This document shows, in pieces, positions 26,277-37,760 of a stretch of DNA of 64,000 nucleotides (within the stretch, counting starts at the first letter, position 1; every line of letters begins with the position of its first letter). Source of the stretch: Piromyces finnis finn (Eukaryota; Fungi; Neocallimastigomycota); the NCBI GenBank assembly GCA_002104945.1, contig MCFH01000060.1, positions 186,001-250,000 on the forward strand, written 5' to 3'. The notes below the pieces were generated by a model that had not been told where the DNA came from, searched no databases, and saw only the letters and a program-made list of their open reading frames with translations. A program made the position numbers and the translations under genes.

Positions 26277-28183
26277 TTTTTATTTTTTTTTTCTTTTTTT
26301 TTTTTTTAATAATATAGAAAATATAAATAATATTAATAAATTATATTTATAAAAATTATATAATGTATTAAAAAAAAAAGCATTTTTTCAATTTGTTGAA
26401 AATGTTTATTAATAATAATAATAATAATAATAAAAATTTCTATATTGTAGTTAGTGTCTTTTTTTTTTGAATAATTTTGTTTGTTGTTTTTAAAATATTG
26501 AATTTATTCAACTTTTTCGAACTATTCTACGTATTGTTAAACAATACAAAATATAAATAAATAAAAATAATTGCATTATCTTTTTGAAATGTGAAATAAA
26601 TTTCTTCAAACCACTTTTTTTTTTTTTTGAATTATTCTACTACGTTGTTGATGGAGGTATGAACAACGAAAAAAAAAAAAAAAGACATAAAAGAAGAAGC
26701 TTTTATTTTATAAATAATAAAATTATATATCTTTATTATTTTCTCTTTCTCTTTGTTATTCATATGTATATTTCTTTATTTAAATAATAATAATAATAAT
26801 AATAATAAAATAGATATATCAAGTAAAATCTTTTTTTTTTTTTTTATCTTTGTTTTATGGATTAAACATAAAGTGACTTTTATTATAACAAAATTTCTAA
26901 ATTTATTTTTTCTTTTCCTTTAAAAAAATAAAAATTTATTTTTTAATATTCTTTCTTTTTTCCCTTTTTCCTTTCTTTCCCTTTTTCCTTTTTACCTTTT
27001 TGTTTAAATGAACGTTTCTAATAAGAAATGGATGGAAATTAAAAAAAAATAAAATGTTATTATTTTATGATAAAAAAGTTTTCTTTTTATTAATTTTTTT
27101 TTATTAATTAAAAAATATTGATTTAATAAACAAATATATTACAATTTATTCATAATAAATGGTAAGTGATATATTATTAAATTATTAATTAAAAATTAAT
27201 TGAATTTCAATTTAAAATATATAAAAAAAAAACAAGAAAAAAAACATGTCTTTTTTCAAAGTGTTATTGTAACAAAAAAAAAAAAAAAGTGTTAAACCCT
27301 AAAAAAAAACTTAATATCCCTAGTAAATACAATTGTAATCAAAGTGAATTCATGAATAATAACTAAAAGTGAATGGAAATAAATAGATTAATAAAAATGT
27401 TGTATAAATTCTTAATAAATTAATAAGAATAAAATAAAAAATATTTGTAATGGGGTTAGTGAATAAAATGAGTTAATAGAAATCATTAATTATTTTTTTA
27501 CTTTCAATAATATTTGTTAATAGAAATCATTAATTATTTTTTACTTTCATGATGGTATTAGTAATTATAAATGAATCAATGGCAAGTTTACTATTATAAA
27601 GGATACATTATATAGGATTTTTATAATCCATATAGAACTTTAAATTTTTTATTTTTGTACTTGTTTAGCATTATAATAACAACATTATAATGCAATTATT
27701 TTTTTTCTTATCTTTATATAAATAAAAAGAGTAAATTAAAAGGATATAAAATAAAAAAAGTTATAATACATAGTAAGTAATTCCAAAAGAATGAAAAAAA
27801 AATTATTCCTTTAATAATAATGAATAAAAGGTTTATTATTGTATAATAATATTGAATAATAGATCAATAGCCTTTAGTAATATGAGTTAAAATCTATACT
27901 ACGAATGATGAACCTTTTTTTTTTATGGTAAATATTTATCCATATCAACCTTGTCTATATTCTATAATAATTTTTTTTTTAATAACTTTAATGTATGTAA
28001 ATCAAAATACTTTAGGAATGCTCCAAGCAGTCAAGCTCTTCCCTCATCCCATTCCATATTTAATTTACACTTTTATATATCTAATATATATTCATAACCT
28101 TTTTTTTTATAAATATTTTTTTTATAAATCTAGAAAACTACTAAATATATTTATTAATAGTATATATAAAGAAAAAAAAAAGT

Positions 28184-28293
28184 TTTTATTTTTTATTACA
28201 ATAAATATTTTAAATAATAAAACTTTTGAAAAAAATCATTTTATTTTTTATTACAATAAATATTTTAAATAATAAAACTTTTGAAAAAAATCA
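28184..28293. repeat. Exact 55-bp tandem duplication
   Basis: TTTTATTTTTTATTACAATAAATATTTTAAATAATAAAACTTTTGAAAAAAATCA at 28184-28238 and 28239-28293. Confidence 0.9.
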
Positions 28294-29811
28294 AATTTCT
28301 TTTTTAATAATAGTTCATTTAAGAGAAAATGAAATGTTTATATTAAACCCTTTTTATACATACTTTTTCTTTCTTTCTTTCTTTCTTTCTTTTAAAAATA
28401 GTAATACTTCATTTAGATTTAATTAATTATTAATTTTTAATAATTTAATTCATTTAAAAATATAATTCATTAAAAATTAAATTTTATTAATAAATTATTC
28501 CTAAAAAAGGATGATTAAAATTACACCCACCACCAACGAAAAACCAAAACAACAAACATTAAATGATTTAAAACGGTTTGTAAAAAAAAAAAAAAAACTT
28601 TATTTATAATGGGAAAAAAACATACCTATATATATATATATAATGTATATATATAATGTATATATATAATATTTAAATATTTTTTTTAAAAAAAAACGGC
28701 CTTTTGAAATTAAAGTTAAATGGGAGAAATGTTTTATAAATACGTATTTTAATATTATTTTTTCTTTTTTCATATAATAATTATTTTAAATAATAAAAAA
28801 GATACTTTGATATTAAAACTTCAATATTTTAAAATATTATATTAGATTTATCCTATAATTGACTTGATTTGTCCTCTTTTAAAAACTTGCTAAAAATAAA
28901 ATTATCTTTTATTCATATATGTTATTAAAATATATATATATATATAATATATTTTTTTTATTAATATTATAAACACAAAAACTAGTTTTTTATTTTTAAC
29001 CCATAGGAAGTTTTATTTTTTTTTATAAACATTTTTTTCAAAATAAAAATAAAGTTCAAAAAAAAAAAAAAAAAAAAGATCTTTATAAAAAAAAGTTTAC
29101 AATATTTTTAACGTTTTAATTAGAATCAAGTAAAAGTATTTGTAGTTTGTGTTTATTAAACTAGTGTATTTTAATAATTGAAAATTTAACGAATATATTA
29201 ATCATTAAAATAAAAATAAATAAAAAAAATAAACCTGTTGGTTCGTAACTTAAAATGAAATAAAAAAAAAAAACCGTTGGTTCATAACTTACTATAAATA
29301 AACTATGGTTGAATATTAACACATTTAATAAAAAAAAACCATTTAATTTATTAAAAAGTAATTTAATTTTTTTTAGAAATATATTAAAAAAAGAAAAAAC
29401 AAGTTTAAAATTAGTATTTTTTTAATATTTAAAAAATATTAAAACCAAGTAAAAATAAAAAATAAAACTGATAATAGATCATTAAATCTGTATATAAAAG
29501 AGACTTTTTGAACCAAAAAAAATATCATTTTATTCATTCAATAAAAAAAATAAAACAAATTTTATTGTTTTTATTTCTTATAAAATAGTTTTTAAACTTT
29601 AGATACAAAATCTAGATCTATTTTTTTTAAAAAAAAAAAAAAAGTTTTTTTCAAAGGAAACTTTATTAAATAATATTTATTAATAAGTTACACATTTTTT
29701 AAGTAAAATAAGTCTTATTAATAAATATTAAAAAAAAAAAAAAAACTTAATCAGTTAAAAGAAAAATATTGAATCGAATATATTATATTGAAAAGGAAAA
29801 ACTTTATATAA

Positions 29812-30387
29812 ATGTATCAAAATAATATTGAATTAATTGAAACTTCAAATAGTGAGTTAGATAATAATATTACATCAAGAAATTCTAATAAATCCAATAA
29901 AAACATAAAATTTATTAAACAATTTAAATGTAAAAATGTCTATATAACTGGTTTTTTATGTGGTATTATAGCTTTATTATTAAATACTATTGTTCTTTAT
30001 ATTTTTTCTTATTTGTTTAATAATTCAGAAGACGTCAGTGATGATATAAAAAAGTCATTTAAAAAATCACCAATTACATTAATTACAGGAATGTGTATTA
30101 TTGGTCCAGTTATTGAAGAATTAATTTTTCGAAGAATTATATTTTATTTTATTAGTAAATGGAATTTAATAGCAGGCTATTTAGTTTCTAGTTTTTTGTA
30201 TTCCAGTTATCATTTTGGATATTTAAATTTTTCACTTATTATTGATTATTGGGATAGATTTATTATATGGTTTATTATAGGCATTTTGTTTGCATATAGT
30301 TATGATCGCGATAGATGTATTTTATCTTCAATAATTTCTCATATTATACACAATAGTATAATATTATTATTATCATTATTAAATTAA
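29812..30387 (+). CDS. CPBP-family (CAAX protease / Abi, Rce1-like) intramembrane metalloprotease
   Basis: Intronless with several TM segments. Family motifs: EExxxR (GPVIEELIFRR), a FxxxH variant (SSFLYSSYH) and HxxxN (SHIIHN). Confidence 0.88.
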   Translation: MYQNNIELIETSNSELDNNITSRNSNKSNKNIKFIKQFKCKNVYITGFLCGIIALLLNTIVLYIFSYLFNNSEDVSDDIKKSFKKSPITLITGMCIIGPVIEELIFRRIIFYFISKWNLIAGYLVSSFLYSSYHFGYLNFSLIIDYWDRFIIWFIIGILFAYSYDRDRCILSSIISHIIHNSIILLLSLLN

Positions 30388-30956
30388 AATATTGAATATT
30401 TTTACATATATTAAATATCAATCAAAATATTTTAAACTATTAAATTATTTTAAAAATATAATATAAACAATAGTATATATATATTTTTAAAATATTATTT
30501 TAAAACATTTAATATTAAATAACTTTATATAATTATTAATCATATTTATTAATAATAATAATAATAATAATAATATTTAAAAAAGAAAAATCAAATTATA
30601 TTATTAATAACTATTTTATATATAAAAAATTATAGAAACTTTAAAATTCCTTTTAATGGACTTAAAAAGCAAAACTAAATAAATTAAATATTTCATTATT
30701 AAATATTTAATATAATTTAATATTATAATTTAATAAATATGTATTTAAATTAATAAAAATAAAATAAAAATATAAATATGTTTTTTTTAAACAAAATATT
30801 TTAATAAGACTTGTTAAAATCAAAACATATAGAAATAAAGATGAATGTTAATTTTTAGTTATAATCGGTTTTAATATAAAATATGTTTGGAAATAGAACG
30901 GTAATAAAAGCGGAAATAAATCCAATGTCTTTCATTATTTTTTAATAGTAGTAAAT

Positions 30957-31146
30957 TTTTTTTTTTAACGGCATCAAATATTTATTATTATTTTAATTAA
31001 AATTATAATACATGATAAAAATTAAAAATTAAAAATACAAAAATAAAAAAAATATGTTTATTAATAAACACAAATGAATAAAAATTGGGTATAATGTATT
31101 CTAGTAATTAAAGTAAGAAAGCCACTATTATACTAAAGTATAATAA
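30957..31146 (-). mobile_element. 5'-truncated retrotransposed copy of the LINE 3' UTR with poly(A) and a 14-bp TSD
   Basis: The reverse complement aligns to 1751-1950 (TTATTATACTTTAGTA..GTGGCTTTCTTAC..TACCCAATTTTT..ATATTTGATGCYGTT-poly A). It is flanked by TAATAGTAGTAAAT at 30943-30956 and 31147-31160. Confidence 0.88.
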
Positions 31147-31207
31147 TAATAGTAGTAAATAGGTTAATTGTTAGAATAAAATTGTGGTGAAATTTTATTT
31201 CCAATAT

Positions 31208-31281
31208 AGTTTTTTTTAGCAGCGGCTGCATTAAAAAAGTTTTAAACTTTATTATTAATTTAACTAAAATTATAATACATG
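31208..31281 (-). mobile_element. Second, shorter LINE-tail insertion (related subfamily) with a 10-bp TSD
   Basis: The reverse complement CATGTATTATAATTTTAGTTAAATTAATAATAAAGTTTAAAA matches 1888-1929 with one mismatch and ends GCTGCT-A8. It is flanked by TTTCCAATAT at 31198-31207 and 31282-31291, with 2 extra nt between tail and TSD. Confidence 0.7.
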
Positions 31282-31745
31282 TTTCCAATATGAATTTATT
31301 ATCTATAATATTTTTAGTATTAAATTAAATATTATATGCCTAATTTATGGTCAAGTTTTATTTTAATTAGGATTATTTGATAAGTATAATCATAATTATT
31401 TAGTTTTTTTTTTATTTTAAAAGAAAAAAAAAAGTAATTTATAATTTACTATACTATATATATATTACTATATAATAATAATAAAGTCTGAAATTTTTGA
31501 TATATTTATTTATTTATATTTCTATATAAAAATAATAACATTTGTTTATAAAAAATTAATTTATTTTTATTATATAAAAATGTTTATAAATAATTAACTT
31601 TTATCTTATATATTTACAATATATACTGTTTTTTCCATGATATACAATAAAAGAAAAAATTACAATTATTAATTATTTTTATTAATGAATTGATATTAAC
31701 TTTTAAATTAAATACTTTTATACTGTGTAATCGAATAATAAAAAA

Positions 31746-32369
31746 TTACCATTGAATTGTAAAACCTAATTCACAAGCAAGCTCACGCGCTTTACAAAAG
31801 CATTTTGATTTTTTAAATTCATTATATTCGTAAATAGGATGTGGAGCTTCTACAACCGATGATTTTATTTCATTGATGGACTTACGAACCGATATTGCTT
31901 TTGATCCAAATAGCATGAATACAACTGAATGGTCATTGGAAATATAATGCACTAGATTGTTAATAAATGGCTCCCATAACAAATGATAATGATAAGGTAA
32001 CGGATCAGCAATAGTACGAGTAAAACAAAAGTTGCAAAGAAAGATTCCATTTTTTAGCCATTTATCTAAATGATGATTAAAAGGTCGTTGAAAAGTGGAT
32101 ACGGTATTTTCTAAATTTGCATAAATACGCTCTAATAATAATGGTGGTTGATGATTAGAGACCTTTGTTCCGAAAGCTATATCACTAATATCCCGAGTAC
32201 TTTTATATGGTATATCACCTATCATTACAACTTTAATTTCATTCAGTTGGACATACTTGAAAACTCCAAATACATCTTCTAGTGGTGGTGTAAAATAGGT
32301 ATTTCTCAATTGGTTATATATATGCAATACCAATTTTGAATTTTTAATAAAAAAATCGTCCCAAGACAT
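31746..32369 (-). CDS. Uracil-DNA glycosylase family 1-like protein with altered catalytic motifs (207 aa, intronless)
   Basis: The UNG scaffold is recognisable: PPLEDVFGVF, IKVVMIG, DIAF, PPLLLERIY..L, LDKWLKNGIFLCN, WEPF, VFMLFG, APHP. The canonical GQDPY reads GDIPY and HPSPLS reads HPIYEY. Confidence 0.85.
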   Translation of the reverse strand: MSWDDFFIKNSKLVLHIYNQLRNTYFTPPLEDVFGVFKYVQLNEIKVVMIGDIPYKSTRDISDIAFGTKVSNHQPPLLLERIYANLENTVSTFQRPFNHHLDKWLKNGIFLCNFCFTRTIADPLPYHYHLLWEPFINNLVHYISNDHSVVFMLFGSKAISVRKSINEIKSSVVEAPHPIYEYNEFKKSKCFCKARELACELGFTIQW

Positions 32370-34348
32370 ATCGCTATCTCTCTCTAATTTTTTTTATTAA
32401 AATTGTTTATTTTATAATTATATATATATATATTTTTAATTTATAGCGTGTATAGTGTGGTTTAAAATATTACTATGTTTTTATAAAATAGTCAATATTT
32501 TAATATAATTTTTAGAAAAAAAAACTATTTCAAAATTAAATGTTTTGACAATTCCAATAACAATTTTTTATTATGATCATTTTAATTCCAAAAAAAAAAG
32601 AAAATAAATCTACATTTATATAAACATTAATTCATATATCTTATAAAATAAAAGCATTTAAACTATTTTATATTATTTTTATAATAGAAACTGATGAAAA
32701 TTTTATGATTTTGTAAAGTTATTAAATATAAAAGTTATTTTAAAAAAAATTATATATATTTGATATAAAATATATAAAATATTATATAAAAATGTTTAAA
32801 AATAAAATAAAAAAAAACGAGTTTGAAATACTATTTTAAATTTAACATTAATTTTTATCATAAATAAAGTTACAAAATTTATATATTAATTACTTTTAAA
32901 TCGTAATAAATTTTATTATTATTTAATAGTTTAATATAATTAAAAATATAATGGAATATAAAATATATTATATTTTTAATTTTATTGTAATGTAATGATA
33001 TTGGGTGTAAGAAGCATAAATAAATTCTATATAATTTTTCTATTTTCTTATTAATTAATTAATATTTATTATAATATTTATTATTATTTATTATTTTAAT
33101 ACATAAAGATGATATATTTATTTAAATACATTTAGTTGTTCCATTTTAACAAATTCAAGTATAATATACTAAATTGATGTTAAGGATAAATTTTGATTTT
33201 CTTTTATTTTAAGAAATTAAGAGTTATCATTATTTAATTATTATTAATTTGTAAAAGTTTTACTAAACTTATAATTTAATATTAAAATATTAAATTAAAT
33301 AAAAGGTTAAAAGATAACTAGGTTAGAAAAAAAATGTTTTATTAAAATAATCTTAATTGATTTATAAATGAATAATTAAATTATGTATTATAGTTAAAAT
33401 AATTCCTTTTTATTTTATTTAAAGAATATATATAATAATAAGATTATTTAATAGTAATACTTATTAAGTATTAATAAGATAATAATCTTTACAAAGATTT
33501 AATTCATAAAACTATTCTAAACTATTTATACTATTTGTAATTTTACATTTAATAATAAAATAACTTTTCAATACATGATTATATTCATAATATATTTTAT
33601 AATACTTAAACTAAACTTAAGACTTATTCCTAATTATTAAAAAATAACTATTGTTTATAATATTCATAATATTAATTATTTCTTAATTATAATATAATTC
33701 ATTGAATATAATATTAATAATTATAATCCTCTAGTTCAAAGATTATAAATTATGTTATTGAAATAATTATTATAAAATAAAGTTAATTAGTTCCGGAAAA
33801 TAATTTTAATTTAATTAAACAATAATTTTTTATACTTTGAGTGAATGATTTATGTTTGATATATCAGGGGTGATCATTCTCTGAATAAACAATTAATCAT
33901 TGCTAACAAAATATCTTTAAATTGGAATATCTCGTGAACCAGCAGAGATATTGACCTGATTTTAAGATATGTTGTTTGTCTCGAGCGTGGCTTTCTAACG
34001 AACTTAATTATAACCAAAATATTATTATTCAAAAATCGTCATTCGTTGAGGAGATACGCGTGTTTTTTCTTATTCCATTTTAACGATAAGGGTTAAAGTT
34101 ATTTATTATAAAAATTATTAAGGGTTAAGGTCATATTTTAACCTTTTCTAAATTTTTAAATATTTCTTAATAAAATTTTATAATTTATTTGAAAATAAAA
34201 TATTTGTTGATTTTGAATTTTCATAAGTGATTTCACAATTCCAAGTGATCTTGAAATTGTAATTTCACTAGTATTCGTGACATAATTTGTAAAAGTTATT
34301 TAAAATTTATTTGTAAATACCTTTTTACACCAATGTTTGTCAAAATTT

Positions 34349-34420
34349 CAGAAAATAGTTTAGTGGTACTTGAGGCCGCTCTACTATAGATTATGTCATT
34401 AGTTCAAATCCAAATGTTTA
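34349..34420 (+). pseudogene. Possible degenerate tRNA or tRNA-derived SINE head (Pol III A and B boxes)
   Basis: A-box-like TAGTTTAGTGGTA at 34356 and B-box GTTCAAATCC at 34402, 46 nt apart as in tRNA. The cloverleaf stems do not pair cleanly. Confidence 0.3.
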
Positions 34421-34878
34421 CCTTTAATATTATATAATTTAATTAAATAAATAGTTGGATAAATTATGATTTTAAGTATATTAAATATATAAATAGGTAA
34501 AGAATAGATAAATTTATAATAATGTAATCTCCAATCATGTATTATGGAATAAAATTAATGAGTATAAATATTCATGTATTACTTTTATTTTATGCTTTTG
34601 AACTACTATTAACATTGAATAATAATAATTAAATAGTTAAATTAATATAAAAATCAAATAATATTACTCATTTAATTTTATGTTTTTATTTATTTAACTA
34701 TTTAATTATTTAAATATGTTATTTATTTTTAATTTTTACAACATCCTAATGTTTCTCATTATATTTATTTGTGTTGAATCACAAATAATTGATTATACTT
34801 AAACTTTATATAAAAAAAAAACAAACTTACTTTAATATATATACCTCTTTTCTAAAGAAAAAAAAAAACAATTTAAAA

Positions 34879-35862
34879 ATGAAATTTTTACAAACTTTAT
34901 CTTTATTTGTTGTTGTTTTAGGTTGTCAAGGTCAAACAACCAAAACTCTTCCAATGGAAATTTCTGGAGTTAAGACTCTTCCAATGTCTAGTGCTGCAGT
35001 TAAGGAACTTCCAGCTACTACTTCAGTAGTTAAATCTCTTCCAACTTTCACAGCTGAAGCAAAGTCTCTTCCAGTTACCAGTGCTGCCAAGTCTCTTCCA
35101 GTTACTAGTGCTGCTAAGGAACTCCCAATGGTTACATCAGCTGCCAAGGAACTTCCAGCTACTACTGCTGGTGTTAAATCTCTTCCAACCTCTACAGCTG
35201 CTGCCAAGGAACTTCCAATGAGTACTTCTGCTGCAAAGACTCTTCCACCTGTTACTAGTGCTGCTAAAGAACTTCCAGCTACTACTGCTGGTGTTAAATC
35301 TCTTCCAACTTTCACAGCTGAAGCCAAGTCTCTTCCAGTTACTAGTGCTGCTAAGGAACTCCCAATGGTTACTTCTGCTGCCAAGGAACTTCCAGCTACT
35401 ACTGCTGGTGTTAAATCTCTTCCAACCTCTACAGCTGCTGCCAAGGAACTTCCAGCTACTACTGCTGGTGTTAAATCTCTTCCAACCTCTACAGCTGCTG
35501 CCAAGGAACTTCCAGCTACTACTGCTGGTGTTAAATCTCTTCCAACCTCTACAGCTGCTGCCAAGGAACTTCCAGCCACTACTGCTGGATCAAAATCCCT
35601 TCCAACCAACACTGCTCCAATTGAACCACAACAACCACAACAACCAATTGAATCACAACAACCAAACAATAACAATAATGTCAATACTTCTATCAATGAA
35701 TCTGAATTCACTTCCTGTGGTAAGGAAGATTATTCATGTAAGTCTGAAAAGTCAAATGCATGCTATCAAAAGGCCTCTGAATGTTGGCAACAACCACATC
35801 CAAATAATACCTTTGAAGATTGTGAAGCTATTAATCAAATATGTAGTAAAATTTGGAATTAA
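34879..35862 (+). CDS. Secreted Ala/Thr/Pro-rich repeat protein with C-terminal 6-Cys domain (327 aa)
   Basis: The likely start is ATG 34879 (MKFLQTLSLFVVVLGCQG, a signal peptide). About 23 K[E/S/T]LP-anchored 9-10 aa units form a 57-nt higher-order repeat (AAKELPATTAGVKSLPTST). The C-terminus is CGKEDYSCK..ACYQKASECWQQ..DCEAINQICSKIWN. Confidence 0.88.
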   Translation: MKFLQTLSLFVVVLGCQGQTTKTLPMEISGVKTLPMSSAAVKELPATTSVVKSLPTFTAEAKSLPVTSAAKSLPVTSAAKELPMVTSAAKELPATTAGVKSLPTSTAAAKELPMSTSAAKTLPPVTSAAKELPATTAGVKSLPTFTAEAKSLPVTSAAKELPMVTSAAKELPATTAGVKSLPTSTAAAKELPATTAGVKSLPTSTAAAKELPATTAGVKSLPTSTAAAKELPATTAGSKSLPTNTAPIEPQQPQQPIESQQPNNNNNVNTSINESEFTSCGKEDYSCKSEKSNACYQKASECWQQPHPNNTFEDCEAINQICSKIWN

Positions 35863-37034
35863 TTTTAAAAGCTAAATTTATTTAATATTTATAAATATTT
35901 ATTTAATTTAAAACTTATCATGTACATTTTTTTTTTTTTTTTCATTATTTCTATAATGATATATTAATAATATAAAAAAAAAAAAGTAAAAAATATAAAT
36001 TGTATAAAAAATATGTAAATTATATATAATATACTATATATATAAAAAGTAAAATAATAAAAAAAAAATTTAAAATATATATATAAAAAAAGCATACTGG
36101 AATTAAACATTGATTTATTTTATTTCATTACTCATTCTATAATAATAAAAAGAATGAATAATGAAATTGTTATCATATATAATTACAAATAAACATAATA
36201 AAAAATCATTATTTTATGTTATATAAAACAGTTAGTAAAGAATACACACAAAATTCAACAATAATATCTAAATCATTATTTATTTATTTATTTATTTATT
36301 TATAGGTTGTTTTTTTTTTTTTTTTTTTTTTAAAAAAAACTCTATTTATGATAATTTATAGTTATGTCGGTCATAATAAATAATAGATACGTTTGTTAAT
36401 AGATTTTTTTTTTTTTTTTTTTTTTTTTGTAATGTTATAAAGATTATAGATATATAGTTTCTGAAACTTTTTTTTTTTTTTTTCACAATAATAAGATTAT
36501 GATATAGATGGAAAAAATAAAGAAAATGAAAAAAAAAAAAAAAGATTTCAAAGATATTTATGAAAGTAATAAATAAATTGAATAGTTGTATTGATTCGTT
36601 TTGCTATTTTTGTTTTCTTTGTAATATTTAAAAGGTTAATCTTTTTCTTTTTTTTTTAATATATTAATAATTCTAAAATGTTTAATAGCTTTAACTTTTT
36701 TTTTTTATAATTTTTATATATTATGTCACATTTAAATAATAGAATTGATTGTTTTAATAGTATATGATGATGGTGAATAATAATAATAAAAAAGGATAAT
36801 GCTCATTTCAAATTCCTGTATAAAATGATATAAGATAAGATAAATAGAGGGTTTTTTTTTATATATAGGAAAATGAAATAATAATGTATATATATAAATA
36901 GATATTTAAATAGGTATATATTAAATAATGATAATTGTATATTAAAAAAAAAAAAAAAGAGTCAAGTAATAGGTATGATTATATTAAATAATGGTGTAGT
37001 AAATAAATAGATATTTTTTTTTTTACAAATAGAA

Positions 37035-37760
37035 TTAATTTTCATCATCAACACCCTTTACGATTTCATCATATGGTTTACAACCGGTAGTTCTTATATG
37101 ACGTAAGCAAGAATCAGATCGAGTAAAGCCCTTCAAGCATCTTGAACAATGGTAAGGTTTAATAAGATTGTGAGATTTTTTATGACGTGTTAAATAAAAT
37201 TGTTTTCCAAAACTTTCTCCACAAATATCACATATATAAGGACGAAAGGAGCTACCGTGAACTTGATGATGATGACGTACTAAAACACATGCTCTAGAAA
37301 AAACCTTATTACAATCTGGGTATGTACATTTATAATCTTTACTTTTTTTTTTATTAAGATTTTCCTTGTTGGCTTTTTCTTCTTTGTATTTTAATATGTA
37401 AGGTTTAGAATCTTTATTTAATGTTTTCCAAACATCATTTTTATATTTTTGTTCTTGAGTGGATATTTGATGTTTTGTTTTAAAAGGTTTTCCCTTTATC
37501 AATGGTTCTGTCTTAATTAACCTATACTTTGTCTTCATTTCTATTGGGGAAATGGATGTGGCATTAAGTATCGAATCAATTCTCATGATATTTCTTTTAT
37601 CGTAAGTAGTTGGTGTGATAGGATCTTCCGTAGCTAATACAATAAAAAATACACATATATTTATATTAATAAATAAAAATATATAAAATATATAGTCTTT
37701 TTTTTAAACATTAATAATTTAAAGTTTATTTCATCTTAAAAAAAAAGATGACTTACTCAT
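37035..37760 (-). CDS. C2H2 zinc-finger transcription factor (3 fingers; 4-nt first coding exon)
   Basis: Fingers: YKCTYPDC..HHHQVH, YICDIC..HKKSH, YHCSRC..FTRSD..RHIRTTGC. An upstream ATGA|GTAAGT (37760-37757) splices in frame to the acceptor at 37633, giving MTTEDPITPTTYDKRNIMRID. Confidence 0.88.

Noticed and set aside
27475-27549. About 30-bp direct duplication (AATAGAAATCATTAATTATTTTTTACTTTCA)
   Set aside because: Only two copies in AT-rich DNA, consistent with ordinary slippage. It is not a CRISPR-like array.
33975-34015. GTGGCTTTCT..TTAATTA match to the LINE 3' UTR
   Set aside because: Only about 10 nt match exactly, the flanks do not align, and there is no poly(A) or TSD.
34932-35875. 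Long antisense (259 aa) and alternative-frame (205 aa) ORFs over the secreted repeat gene
   Set aside because: These are shadows of a stop-free tandem repeat. Only the frame with the signal peptide and Cys domain makes sense.
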